Part shown: positions 15,513-24,137 of the stretch, piece after piece
Layout of the letters: each line of letters begins with the position of its first letter
Numbering within the stretch: the stretch's first letter is position 1
Assembly (NCBI GenBank): GCA_963704705.1
Contig: OY969931.1
Span: 120,001-152,000 of the forward strand
Origin: an uncultured bacterium
GTDB lineage: Bacteria; Patescibacteriota; Gracilibacteria; UBA1369; PNNO01
Length of the DNA: 32,000 nucleotides
Direction: 5' to 3'
Program-made: the position numbers and the translations under genes
Notes under the pieces: generated by a model
Database searches by the model: none
Told to the model about the DNA's origin: nothing
What the model saw: only the letters and a program-made list of their open reading frames with translations

Positions 15513-15513
15513 C

Positions 15514-16629
15514 ATGCACGAACTTAAAGAAAAACTTGAACTCGCAAAAACCGAGATTGCGAAAGCTTTAAAAACAGTTAACCCGCAGGAGCTTAAAAAT
15601 CGTGTGACTCAGCTTGAAAGTGTAATGTCTGAGCCTCGGTTTTGGGATGATAACGAGAAAGCGCAAAAAATAAGTCAGGAAGCATCCGAACTTCAAAAAA
15701 TCATTGAAGCCTGGCAGACAATTGAGCGTGATTGCGATGAGCTTTTGGGCCTTGTTGAGACTATTTCTCCTGAAGAAAATCCAAAAGAAGCAGAAGAATT
15801 GCATCAAATGGTGGATAAATTTGACGCCAAGTGGAAGGATTTGAGTATTAAATCTTTTTTGGGAGGTGAGTATGATAAAAATAATGCGATCCTTTCAATT
15901 CATTCCGGTACAGGTGGCAAAGATGCTATGGATTTTGCGGATATGCTAATGAGAATGTATTTACGATACGCTGAGAAACATGGGTTTGCAGTTGAGATTT
16001 TAGAAAAATCCGAAGGTGAAGAAGTTGGACTTAAATCCGCAACATTAATAATTAAAGGCTATCTGGCTTATGGATATCTGAAGTCGGAAAATGGGGTGCA
16101 TCGACTTGTGCGACTGTCGCCATTTAACACAAAACACACACGCGAAACATCTTTTGCACTTGTTGAAGTTTTGCCTGATCTTGACCTCGAAAAACCGCTT
16201 GAAATAAACGAAGATGACCTTCGCATAGACACATATAGAGCCAGTGGACACGGTGGACAATCCGTAAATACAACTGATTCAGCGGTGCGTATCACTCATA
16301 TTCCAACCGGACTTACCGGTCAGTGCCAAAATGAGCGAAGTCAGCTGCAAAATAAAGAGCAGGCAATGAAAATTCTTTCTGCGAAATTAACAAAATTAAT
16401 GCAGGAAGAAGCAGCCGAAACCCTTGATGATCTTAGGGGCGGCCGCAAAGAAATCAAGTGGGGAAGCCAAATTCGCAGCTACGTGCTTCATCCGTACACC
16501 ATGGTTAAAGACCACAGAACAAATTATGAAACCAGCAAAGTCGCAGAAGTACTTGACGGCGACATAGAAGGTTGTATAAGATCATATCTTGAAATGAATT
16601 TCGAATCACCTAAAGCAAACTTATCGTGA
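15514..16629 (+). CDS. prfB: Peptide chain release factor 2, encoded in a single uninterrupted frame
   Basis: The SPF tripeptide is present (RLSPFN), as is the GGQ motif (SGHGGQSVNTTDSAVRITHIPTG). The full N-terminus is in frame and there is no CUU UGA shift site. Confidence 0.95.
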   Translation: MHELKEKLELAKTEIAKALKTVNPQELKNRVTQLESVMSEPRFWDDNEKAQKISQEASELQKIIEAWQTIERDCDELLGLVETISPEENPKEAEELHQMVDKFDAKWKDLSIKSFLGGEYDKNNAILSIHSGTGGKDAMDFADMLMRMYLRYAEKHGFAVEILEKSEGEEVGLKSATLIIKGYLAYGYLKSENGVHRLVRLSPFNTKHTRETSFALVEVLPDLDLEKPLEINEDDLRIDTYRASGHGGQSVNTTDSAVRITHIPTGLTGQCQNERSQLQNKEQAMKILSAKLTKLMQEEAAETLDDLRGGRKEIKWGSQIRSYVLHPYTMVKDHRTNYETSKVAEVLDGDIEGCIRSYLEMNFESPKANLS

Positions 16630-17126
16630 GTATTCTCGAAATACAAACAGGCGCAGATAATCCGATTTTAAGGCAAAAGTCGACAAAGGTTGATAAAATC
16701 GACAAATCCGTAAAAAAACTTGCAAAAAATTTGCTTAAAACAATGGTAAAAGCCAATGGTCTTGGCATTGCCGCGCCCCAGGTTGGAGTAAACAAGCGCC
16801 TATTTATTACAACTTTTGATGAAGGCAGCGAACATGCCATGCATGTTTTAATGATAAATCCCGATATTTTGTGGAAAAGCCCTGAAACCGATATTGCAGA
16901 AGAAGGTTGTTTAAGTCTGCCTAAATTATATATGCCTGTGCCTCGCAGCACTGCGATTAGAGTAAAGTTTTTGGACCTTAAAGGCACTGAGCATGTTCTT
17001 GAACTTAAGGGCCTTAATGCGCGTGTTGTGCAGCACGAAAATGATCACCTTGACGGTATTTTGTTTATTGATAAAGCTGTTGAAAGTAAGTTACCTGACG
17101 ACGATTCTAGCCACGTAGCTTTTTAA
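16626..17126 (+). CDS. def: Peptide deformylase
   Basis: GIAAPQVG, EGCLSLP and QHENDHLDG motifs. The GTG start overlaps the prfB TGA (GTGA). Confidence 0.95.
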   Translation: MSILEIQTGADNPILRQKSTKVDKIDKSVKKLAKNLLKTMVKANGLGIAAPQVGVNKRLFITTFDEGSEHAMHVLMINPDILWKSPETDIAEEGCLSLPKLYMPVPRSTAIRVKFLDLKGTEHVLELKGLNARVVQHENDHLDGILFIDKAVESKLPDDDSSHVAF

Positions 17127-17961
17127 TTATTCGCATCACCCAGTACCAAAAGGGCTTGTAAATGCGTTCTTTGGCATGTTCATATTCTACAATTTCACCT
17201 CCGAATTTTAGTTTGAATTCTGTTACACCCTGCCAGGGATGATTTTTTGCGCCTTCAGGTGCTATCCCCAAAAAGTCATAAAATTTGCAGCCTTTTGCCT
17301 TTGCTTCCTGGATGGCATGCCACTGCAAGAGGTATGGTGCCATTACATTTCGATGTTTGTTTGATGAAGCTCCGTAATAATATGTGGCAGTGTCTTTATA
17401 GAAAGTTGCAATTATACCAGCGATTATTTCGCCTTCATATTGAGCATAATATAGTTTGGCACCATCAACCATATCAATCATTTTTTGATAAAAATCCGGC
17501 CCATGGCCCTTAAATTTATCGCGCTCCCAGGTTTGCTTTAGGATATTATAAAATTCTTTCGCGTCTTTGGATTCAATAATTTTCACATTATTCTTTTTTG
17601 CTATTTTTATATTGTATCTGCCTTTTTGTTTCATTTGAGCCAATATTTCCTGTTCGGATTTTGTGAGATCAATAACCAATGTTACTTCTGGCTGATAATG
17701 CGCATGCGCATCTTTGAGATTTTTATGGAATTTGTGATTATCTGATTTTAAATACGGATGCTCGAAACGAACATAAACAGCATTTTGCTGAATAGCTAAT
17801 TTATCCAAATCAACAATTGGTCCGCGATTAACATAAAGCCAGCATTTGCCTAAAGGAAGCGGCATTTTTTGAATAAATGTGCCTTCAATTTCAAAAAAAT
17901 CTTCGTTTTTTGCGCTTTTACGGAATGCCGCCCAGTTTTTAGTTTGTTCAATGTAATGCAT
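17107..17961 (-). CDS. FemAB-family peptidoglycan interpeptide-bridge aminoacyltransferase (lipid II:amino acid transferase-like)
   Basis: Starting from the ATG at 17961, the product reads MHYIEQTKNW...KGRYNIKIAKKNNVKI...YYYGASSNKHRNVMAPYLLQWHAIQEAKAKGCKFYDFLGI. The 196 codons upstream in the track ORF are a Ser/Phe-rich antisense artefact of the gene at 18056-18556. Confidence 0.85.
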   Translation of the reverse strand: MHYIEQTKNWAAFRKSAKNEDFFEIEGTFIQKMPLPLGKCWLYVNRGPIVDLDKLAIQQNAVYVRFEHPYLKSDNHKFHKNLKDAHAHYQPEVTLVIDLTKSEQEILAQMKQKGRYNIKIAKKNNVKIIESKDAKEFYNILKQTWERDKFKGHGPDFYQKMIDMVDGAKLYYAQYEGEIIAGIIATFYKDTATYYYGASSNKHRNVMAPYLLQWHAIQEAKAKGCKFYDFLGIAPEGAKNHPWQGVTEFKLKFGGEIVEYEHAKERIYKPFWYWVMRIIKKLRG

Positions 17962-17998
17962 AGCGCGCGTATTATAGCATAAATTTAAATCTAAAAGT

Positions 17999-18027
17999 TT
18001 GAAAAAAAGCTTAAAATGTAGTATAAT
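17999..18027 (+). promoter_or_regulatory. Near-consensus sigma70-type promoter for the 18056-22783 operon (TTGAAA-17 nt-TATAAT)
   Basis: -35 TTGAAA at 17999-18004, a 17-nt spacer, and -10 TATAAT at 18022-18027. It sits 28 nt upstream of the first ATG. Confidence 0.5.
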
Positions 18028-18055
18028 AACTAATGAAAAATAAACATAAATAAAA

Positions 18056-18556
18056 ATGCCGGACGAAACAAACTTACCGGGACTACCAAGCACAGTTGAC
18101 CTTGGCGCACCAACAGCAACAATTGAGGGCGATCCTTTGGCGTTTATGCAAAAGACAGCCCGCGATGCTATTGAATCAATTAGTAAAAATGCAATCGTTG
18201 ATGAACCGAATAAACTTAATTTTAAAAAGAAAGTACTTGAAGATTTGAAAGTGGGCATTGATGCAATGACAGAAATAGATAAAAAATTTGAAGCTAAAAA
18301 AGCCGAGGAAGAAACAAAAAAACCCGAAAGTGATGCAGTCGAAGAAGATCCTTTCTCTGATATTTTTGGAGAAGAAGGCGCAGCACCTGATGAATCAGTG
18401 CATGAAAAAACAAAGATAGCACAGGATTTTGTTTCAGCATTAAAAATGTACAAAGAACAATTTCTTAAAAAAATAAGAGTAAAAAAAGAATCAATGCAAA
18501 AGCAAAAAGATGAACAAGAACTACAAAATTTATTAGGTAAACTCGACACTATTTAA
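18056..18556 (+). CDS. Hypothetical acidic protein (166 aa), first gene of the orphan operon
   Basis: Coding-like sequence rich in E, D and K (…EAKKAEEETKKPESDAVEEDPFSDIFGEEGAAPDE…). There is no TM segment or signal peptide and no recognised family. Confidence 0.6.
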   Translation: MPDETNLPGLPSTVDLGAPTATIEGDPLAFMQKTARDAIESISKNAIVDEPNKLNFKKKVLEDLKVGIDAMTEIDKKFEAKKAEEETKKPESDAVEEDPFSDIFGEEGAAPDESVHEKTKIAQDFVSALKMYKEQFLKKIRVKKESMQKQKDEQELQNLLGKLDTI

Positions 18557-18582
18557 TTTTCATATAATTAACAAAAATAAAA

Positions 18583-19509
18583 ATGAAAAAACCAAATTTT
18601 AATCCAATGTTCTACAGTTTAAATCTTTATAAGATTTTTAAGCCTGGAGAAAAGCCGAATGAACCAACTTCAGTAAAAGCTGAAAGCATTGAAAAGAAAG
18701 AAATAACTAATGAAGACAGAACAAAAGTGCTTGATTACATTTCTACTCGAGCTTCAATAATTCAAGGTAAATCAGCTGAAGCACATGGAATATTTGAAAA
18801 AAATGCGAGTACGTTTCAATTTACTAAGGGTTTTGTAAAAGTAAAGAAAGAATTAGAGACCCTTAAAAGTGCTGCGGCTAGAAAAATATACTCAATGCGT
18901 GAAATAAAAGAACTTGAAGCTTATCAAATCGTACTTTTAAAGAATCTCGATAAAATTGAAAGAGACATCGATACTTTAAAAAATAAAATCGAATTACATA
19001 CTAAACTTAAAGAAAAAGCACAGGAAGAAATCAAAAGACATTTGGATAATTGGGAAAATGATGTTCCTCCGGGTATTAAAAAAGCTGCTTCACGAAGAGA
19101 AGTATTAATAGTTGTAACAGGTTATATCGGCAGATGGTATAAAGTTAATTCTGCTGCGATTGATAGAATTACTGATATGGCTGATAGCGGTATTATTCTT
19201 AATGGTTTTAATCAAAATCCACCTAAAGGGGAACTGTTTGAAGATTTAAAAACTCTTAATAAAGAAATTGAAAATGAAGTATATGCCAGATGGATTACCG
19301 GGCTTGAACATAAAGACGTATTAAGAACTGTTTTCAGTAAACTTGGGTGGGAAGATAAATTTATCAAAGAGATTAAGGATATAAAATTAAGAAAATTAGT
19401 TCAGGAATTTAATGAAAGCAGACAGATTGGATATAATCGTGGAGCCAGAAAAGATTATAAGGATATTGTAGATGCATTGGTTAATTATATCGGAAGAGCA
19501 CCAAGATAA
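18583..19509 (+). CDS. Hypothetical Lys-rich coiled-coil-like protein (308 aa), possibly the N-terminal part of a disrupted larger gene
   Basis: It shares the N-terminal motif (MK..N..N.P.F....L..F...GEKP) and the 17-nt leader with the 20501 gene. The frame stays open for 82 codons beyond its TAA. Confidence 0.6.
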   Translation: MKKPNFNPMFYSLNLYKIFKPGEKPNEPTSVKAESIEKKEITNEDRTKVLDYISTRASIIQGKSAEAHGIFEKNASTFQFTKGFVKVKKELETLKSAAARKIYSMREIKELEAYQIVLLKNLDKIERDIDTLKNKIELHTKLKEKAQEEIKRHLDNWENDVPPGIKKAASRREVLIVVTGYIGRWYKVNSAAIDRITDMADSGIILNGFNQNPPKGELFEDLKTLNKEIENEVYARWITGLEHKDVLRTVFSKLGWEDKFIKEIKDIKLRKLVQEFNESRQIGYNRGARKDYKDIVDALVNYIGRAPR

Positions 19510-19758
19510 ATTCTCAAGTTCCCGGAAGATTTACCTGATTTTCCTGATAAAAAGGATGCGATTAAAGCTGATTATATAACTTCAGGCATAAAAGTCGGTA
19601 AAATGGGTCCGTTTCCAAAGCCTGGAACTGAGACAAAAGAAAAAGATAAAGATAAAGAGAAAATAGCAGGAAAACCAAAAGCTACCGGATTAAAAGTAAG
19701 TACAAGTAATGGAAAAGTTCACTTGGAAATTGAAGGTGAAAATTTAACGAAATATTAA
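19510..19758 (+). pseudogene. ORF segment of 82 codons with no start codon of its own. It is in frame with and directly follows the TAA of the 18583 gene, and it bridges to the 19808 ORF through a +1 frame change.
   Basis: My translation is ILKFPEDLPDFPDKKDAIKADYITSGIKVGKMGPFPKPGTETKEKDKDKEKIAGKPKATGLKVSTSNGKVHLEIEGENLTKY*. The only internal ATG is at 19603. The frame of the 19808 ORF is open from 19748. Confidence 0.45.
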
Positions 19759-19807
19759 TCCTGTTAAAGTAAATTTAGAACTTAGTACCGTTGATCTTGC
19801 TGCAAAT

Positions 19808-20479
19808 TTGGCATCAGGCAAGGTTGATGTAAATACAGCTTTAGATTTGAAAGGTTTAAACGATAAAGTAACTCAGGGTATAAGAAATGCTACGCTACAC
19901 GGAATAAATTTAATTTCCATGGCTAACCCTGAATTAGCCAATAGTATTACTGATAAAATGCTAAATAATCAAAAAATAGAAGAATTACGAAAGGCTTTGT
20001 TTCCTAAAAAAACTGTAATTACTGTTGAAGGAACCGCAAGTATGGAAGGGGACCTTTCTGAAAATTTAAAAATTGCTGAAAATAGGGCTAAAGCTGGTGA
20101 AAAAGCGATTAAATCTAAAATGAAGCCTGGAGATTTCGATAAATATTTTACAGTTGTAAGAAAAACAAAAGTAGTTGGACCTGAAGGCCAAAATGCACAA
20201 GGTATTACCAATGCCGCAGAATTAAGAACAGCTCAAAGTAAAATGATCGATAAATTCAATAAGCAAGCCAAAAATGCAAAAGTTAAGAAAGAAATAAAAA
20301 CCTGGAAGGATATGCTTGCGATTCTTAAAAATCCACAAAATAAATTTGAAAAAGAGTTTGTTGAAAATAATTTTAATTACAACAGAAGGGTATCCTTGAC
20401 ATTCTTACCACCTAAAACAGGGGCACAGGAATTTTCTATTACTCCTGTTGATAAGTCGACATCGAGAACAGTATCATAA
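19808..20479 (+). CDS. Hypothetical protein with a divergent OmpA/MotB-like module. No convincing start codon, so it is probably the C-terminal part of the disrupted 18583 gene.
   Basis: TVITVEGTASMEGDLSENLKIAENRAKAGEKAI...NYNRRVSLTF (about 20012-20404) mimics the OmpA_C pattern (I.I.GHTD..G....N..LS..RA..V......NRRVEI). The track start is a TTG with no RBS. Confidence 0.55.
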   Translation: MASGKVDVNTALDLKGLNDKVTQGIRNATLHGINLISMANPELANSITDKMLNNQKIEELRKALFPKKTVITVEGTASMEGDLSENLKIAENRAKAGEKAIKSKMKPGDFDKYFTVVRKTKVVGPEGQNAQGITNAAELRTAQSKMIDKFNKQAKNAKVKKEIKTWKDMLAILKNPQNKFEKEFVENNFNYNRRVSLTFLPPKTGAQEFSITPVDKSTSRTVS

Positions 20480-20500
20480 GGTTAATTAACAAAAATAAAT

Positions 20501-22783
20501 ATGAAAAACTACAATCAACATAATGAACCGTTATTCATTCCTTCCAAGCTTATTTATTTTAGCAGTACAGGCGGAGAAAAGCCAAAAACAACCGAAGAAG
20601 CTCAAGATTCACCTAAATTTAAAGAAGCTTTTAATAAAACAAAAGAAAAACTCAATAAAGATTTTAAGGCTATTAAAGATACAAAGGAGTTCAAAGAGCT
20701 TAATAAAGTTGATTCGGATTTAGCTGATCATTATCTTGAGGTTTTTAAAGAAAGAGCATTCGGTCCTGATAGCGAAATTGCCGGAAATCTTAATACAGCT
20801 AAGCTTAATGAGTCCAACAAGCCATTAAACAAATTAATGACTGATTTGAATTCTATAAATATTAAATTTGCTAATTATTCTGCCAAATTTTTGAAAAAAA
20901 TAGAGCAGGTATCAACTGATATTAAAAAACAAAGAAAAGAAGCTTTAGATACATTTTTCAAAAAAACTTTGCCAAAAGATTTTGTTAAAGAAAAGGTTGA
21001 GAGTTACGCAGAGGGAACTGAAATTTCACCTGAAGTACGTAAACAGGCACTTGATTTTGGAGAAAAATTGGCTTTGGAAGGTGCGGATAAATTATCAAAA
21101 ACTTTAATTTATAAAGATTTTGCATTTAAAAAAGATCCGAATAATCCAAAGAAATTAATTGTTGATAATATGTCTGATGAGGTTAAACCACATGTTGATA
21201 AGGTTGATAAAGGGATTAAAACATTTATTAATAATGAAATAAAAAGAGCTAATGCAATGCCTGAAGAAGAAAAAAATACCTTAATAACTTATGCAAAGGT
21301 TAATGAATCCTCAAATGAAAACAAAGAGACCAGATCCGCTAATGAGAAATTCATCAAAGATCATATTGAGAAAAAAATAAAAGCAGGTGAAAAAGTAGTA
21401 ATTACACTTACGGGTAATTCAAGCGCCGAGGGTGATCCTAAAATAAATAAAGCTTTGGCTAAAAAAAGAGCTGAAGCAAAAAAAACAGCAATGGTTCAGG
21501 CTTTAAATAAGGTTTTGGGTAATAAATGGAAAGGTAAGGTTGATTTTGTATTAAAAACGCAGCAGGTTGAGCCAAAACTTGCAAAGGCTGACCTTCCAAG
21601 CGATATTCAAAAGAAATACGAAACAGACCCGAAATATAAAAAATTAAAATCGACTTTAGGTTCAAAATTTCAAGATGCAATGAAATATATTGATTCACAA
21701 AAAAAACCCGCAGATAAATTAAATGCAATTGTTAAACTTTTAGCAGGTAATGTTAATGTTAGAGCTGTACTTAGTGAGTACAACAAGTACATGAACATCA
21801 AAACAAACAGTAAGCTTGCTGATGCCGAAAAATGGCTTCAAACAAAGTCAAGATATCTAAAAAACAACCCTGATTTATTAGTTTATTTACATAAATATAT
21901 CGGCCGGGCCAGAAGCGCGGAAGTTAGAGTGCAAACAGCAAAAGAGGCTAATGAAAGCAAGGAGCAGTCTAAGTTTATTAGCGAATGGAGTAAGGATATT
22001 TTGAAGTATGATCCTACACTTGTTAAAAGATTAACACCGGCAGACAGAAAAGATGTAGTTACTTATCAGGTGCTTTCACAATTTGGTGATAGTGCAATTA
22101 AAGTAACCTTTGATGCTAATCTTCAAACAGCTATAGTAACAAATTTAGATAATAAATTTATAAAAAAGTTTAATAAAAATCAGAAAAATGATTTTAAATC
22201 AATGATTTATGGCTTTAGTGATAATAAGCTTGCCAGAATTGCAGATAAGAATTTAGTAAAAGGCAATAAAGAAAAAATAGCTGAAGCAACCAAAAATCTA
22301 AAGGACAGATTTCAAAGAGTTTATAATGCAAATAGAGCTACATTGAATAAATATAAATTAACTTTCAAAGCTAGAGGGAATTCTCTTGATGCCTTTGTAG
22401 ATGAAAAACATTATGGAACAATACTGTTGTCTTATAGCGGGGATATTAAAACAGACGCCGATGTGTTAGCTAAATTAAAAGGTTGGCAAAAAGAAAAACA
22501 AGATAGTTTAAAGAAATTTGCTGCAGATATGCCAAAATATGAATCAAATTTGAAAAAATTAGGTTTCAATTTTACAAAGCGTAATTTGGGAGAAAATAAA
22601 GGCTATGAATATACCTTAAAAGATGGGGATGGAAAGGTAAAAGGCTATCTTACTTACAGTATAAATGGATGGTTAAATATCAAAGATGCCAATAAGAATG
22701 ACACTTTCGAAACTATATTTAATACTGATAATACTGACGATGTTACTAAAAAATTTAAAGAGGCCAAAATTAATATTGCTTAA
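20501..22783 (+). CDS. Large hypothetical Lys-rich protein (760 aa) with a central divergent OmpA-like module. It is a paralogue of the 18583-20479 locus.
   Basis: VVITLTGNSSAEGDPKINKALAKKRAEAKKTAM...GRARSAEVRVQ (about 21395-21935). It shares the N-terminal motif and GGAGAAAAGCC with the 18583 gene. No signal peptide or TM segment is present. Confidence 0.75.
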   Translation: MKNYNQHNEPLFIPSKLIYFSSTGGEKPKTTEEAQDSPKFKEAFNKTKEKLNKDFKAIKDTKEFKELNKVDSDLADHYLEVFKERAFGPDSEIAGNLNTAKLNESNKPLNKLMTDLNSINIKFANYSAKFLKKIEQVSTDIKKQRKEALDTFFKKTLPKDFVKEKVESYAEGTEISPEVRKQALDFGEKLALEGADKLSKTLIYKDFAFKKDPNNPKKLIVDNMSDEVKPHVDKVDKGIKTFINNEIKRANAMPEEEKNTLITYAKVNESSNENKETRSANEKFIKDHIEKKIKAGEKVVITLTGNSSAEGDPKINKALAKKRAEAKKTAMVQALNKVLGNKWKGKVDFVLKTQQVEPKLAKADLPSDIQKKYETDPKYKKLKSTLGSKFQDAMKYIDSQKKPADKLNAIVKLLAGNVNVRAVLSEYNKYMNIKTNSKLADAEKWLQTKSRYLKNNPDLLVYLHKYIGRARSAEVRVQTAKEANESKEQSKFISEWSKDILKYDPTLVKRLTPADRKDVVTYQVLSQFGDSAIKVTFDANLQTAIVTNLDNKFIKKFNKNQKNDFKSMIYGFSDNKLARIADKNLVKGNKEKIAEATKNLKDRFQRVYNANRATLNKYKLTFKARGNSLDAFVDEKHYGTILLSYSGDIKTDADVLAKLKGWQKEKQDSLKKFAADMPKYESNLKKLGFNFTKRNLGENKGYEYTLKDGDGKVKGYLTYSINGWLNIKDANKNDTFETIFNTDNTDDVTKKFKEAKINIA

Positions 22784-22794
22784 TTAATAATTTT

Positions 22795-22826
22795 AAAAGG
22801 CCCCACTCAAGTGCGGCCTTTTGTTT
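22795..22826. terminator. Bidirectional intrinsic terminator between the convergent 760-aa gene and ftsZ
   Basis: The hairpin is aaaaggccccac (22795-22806), loop tcaa, then gtgcggcctttt (22811-22822), with one mismatch. An A-tract lies 5' and a T-tract 3', so it would work on both strands. Confidence 0.7.
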
Positions 22827-22863
22827 ATCTTTATTAGTGCGCTCTCGCGCTCTCGCGCCTTCT

Positions 22864-24069
22864 CTATCCCATCTTCTTCCTTATAAACGCCGGAATATCC
22901 AATTCGTCTTCTGCGTTTTTCATAACTGTTTGAGGTTCGCCTGCGCTAGAGCCTGCTTCGCTTCCCATTCTTGAAGGTGAGGCATAATTGCTGTTGATGC
23001 CCGAGTGGCTTCTAAAATTAGCTATATCGCGTGGAGAAGCATCGAATCCTGTTGCAACAACAGTGATTTTAACTTCGCCTGTGTATGAGTCGTTAATTAC
23101 AGCACCGAAAATAATGTTTGCTTCAGCGTCACTAGCTTCAGTAATGATTCTTGCAGCTTCATCAACTTCGTACATTGATAAGTCGTTGCCACCGGTGATG
23201 TTGAATAATACGCCTTTGGCACCGTCAATTGATAGTTCAAGTAATGGGCTTTCAATTGCAGCTTTTGCTGCTTCGATTGCTCTGTTTTCGCCTGTGCCGT
23301 ATCCGATACCCATTAATGCGCTTCCTGCGTTTTCCATAACTGTTCTAACGTCCGCAAAGTCCACGTTAATCATACCGTGAACAGTAATAAGGTCTGCAAT
23401 GCCCTGTACACCTTGTCTTAACACGTCGTCTACAACCATAAATGCGTCGGTAATAGGTGTTTTTTTGTCGATTATAGATAAAATTCTGTCATTTGGAATA
23501 GTAATAAGCGTGTCCACTTTTCCTCTTAAGTTTTCAAGACCTTCATCAGCCTGAGTTTTTCTTCTGTGTCCTTCAAATGCGAATGGTTTGGTTACAACAC
23601 CTACTGTTAAAATGCCTTGTTCTTTAGCGATTTCAGCAATAACAGGCGCTGCACCTGTACCGGTTCCGCCTCCCATACCACATGTAATGAAAACCATATC
23701 AGCTCCGCCGATTGCTTCTCTAATTTCTTCTGCGCTTTCTTCTGCAGCCTGTCTTCCAATGTCAGGATTGCTTCCTGCACCAAGACCTTTAGTTGTTGCC
23801 TTGCCAATATTAATTTTGTGAGGAGCCTCTGAATGATACAAAGCCTGGGCATCTGTATTTACAGCAATAAACTCAATTCCCTGCAATTTGGCACGGATCA
23901 TTCTGTTAGTGGCGTTAGTACCGCCGCCTCCAACACCAATTACTTTAATTGATGCAACCGGAGTCATTTCCGGTACAACTTCCTGAGGTCTGATACTTGG
24001 AATAGAACTGTGATGATGAGAAGATGCCTTAGATGAGAATAAGTTTCTTAATTGTGATTTATCATCCAT
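22864..24069 (-). CDS. ftsZ: Cell division GTPase FtsZ
   Basis: GVGGGGTNA, the tubulin signature [20 protein letters not shown], and the C-terminal FtsA-binding peptide [12 protein letters not shown]. Confidence 0.97.
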   Translation of the reverse strand: MDDKSQLRNLFSSKASSHHHSSIPSIRPQEVVPEMTPVASIKVIGVGGGGTNATNRMIRAKLQGIEFIAVNTDAQALYHSEAPHKINIGKATTKGLGAGSNPDIGRQAAEESAEEIREAIGGADMVFITCGMGGGTGTGAAPVIAEIAKEQGILTVGVVTKPFAFEGHRRKTQADEGLENLRGKVDTLITIPNDRILSIIDKKTPITDAFMVVDDVLRQGVQGIADLITVHGMINVDFADVRTVMENAGSALMGIGYGTGENRAIEAAKAAIESPLLELSIDGAKGVLFNITGGNDLSMYEVDEAARIITEASDAEANIIFGAVINDSYTGEVKITVVATGFDASPRDIANFRSHSGINSNYASPSRMGSEAGSSAGEPQTVMKNAEDELDIPAFIRKKMG

Positions 24070-24137
24070 TGATATGTGATTTAATTAATTAAGTGGGGAC
24101 TATTCTGCTTATTTTTTTACAGAAAGTCAATATTTAA

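Noticed and set aside
15514-15620. A programmed +1 frameshift site in prfB.
   Set aside because: I looked for the CUU UGA motif and a short upstream ORF0. The whole RF2 sequence, including its N-terminus, is in one frame from the ATG at 15514.
17962-18549. The ORF track extends the FemAB-like gene to 480 aa, starting at 18549.
   Set aside because: The extra 196 N-terminal residues are Ser/Phe/Cys-rich low-complexity sequence lying exactly antisense to the coding-like 18056-18556 gene. The FemAB homology begins at the internal ATG at 17961, and the promoter-like region at 17962-18055 would fall inside the extension.
22839-22859. The GCGCTCTC x2.5 mini-repeat just downstream of the ftsZ stop codon.
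   Set aside because: It is a real sequence feature but only about 21 nt long, with no partner elsewhere in the window. It is too short to interpret.
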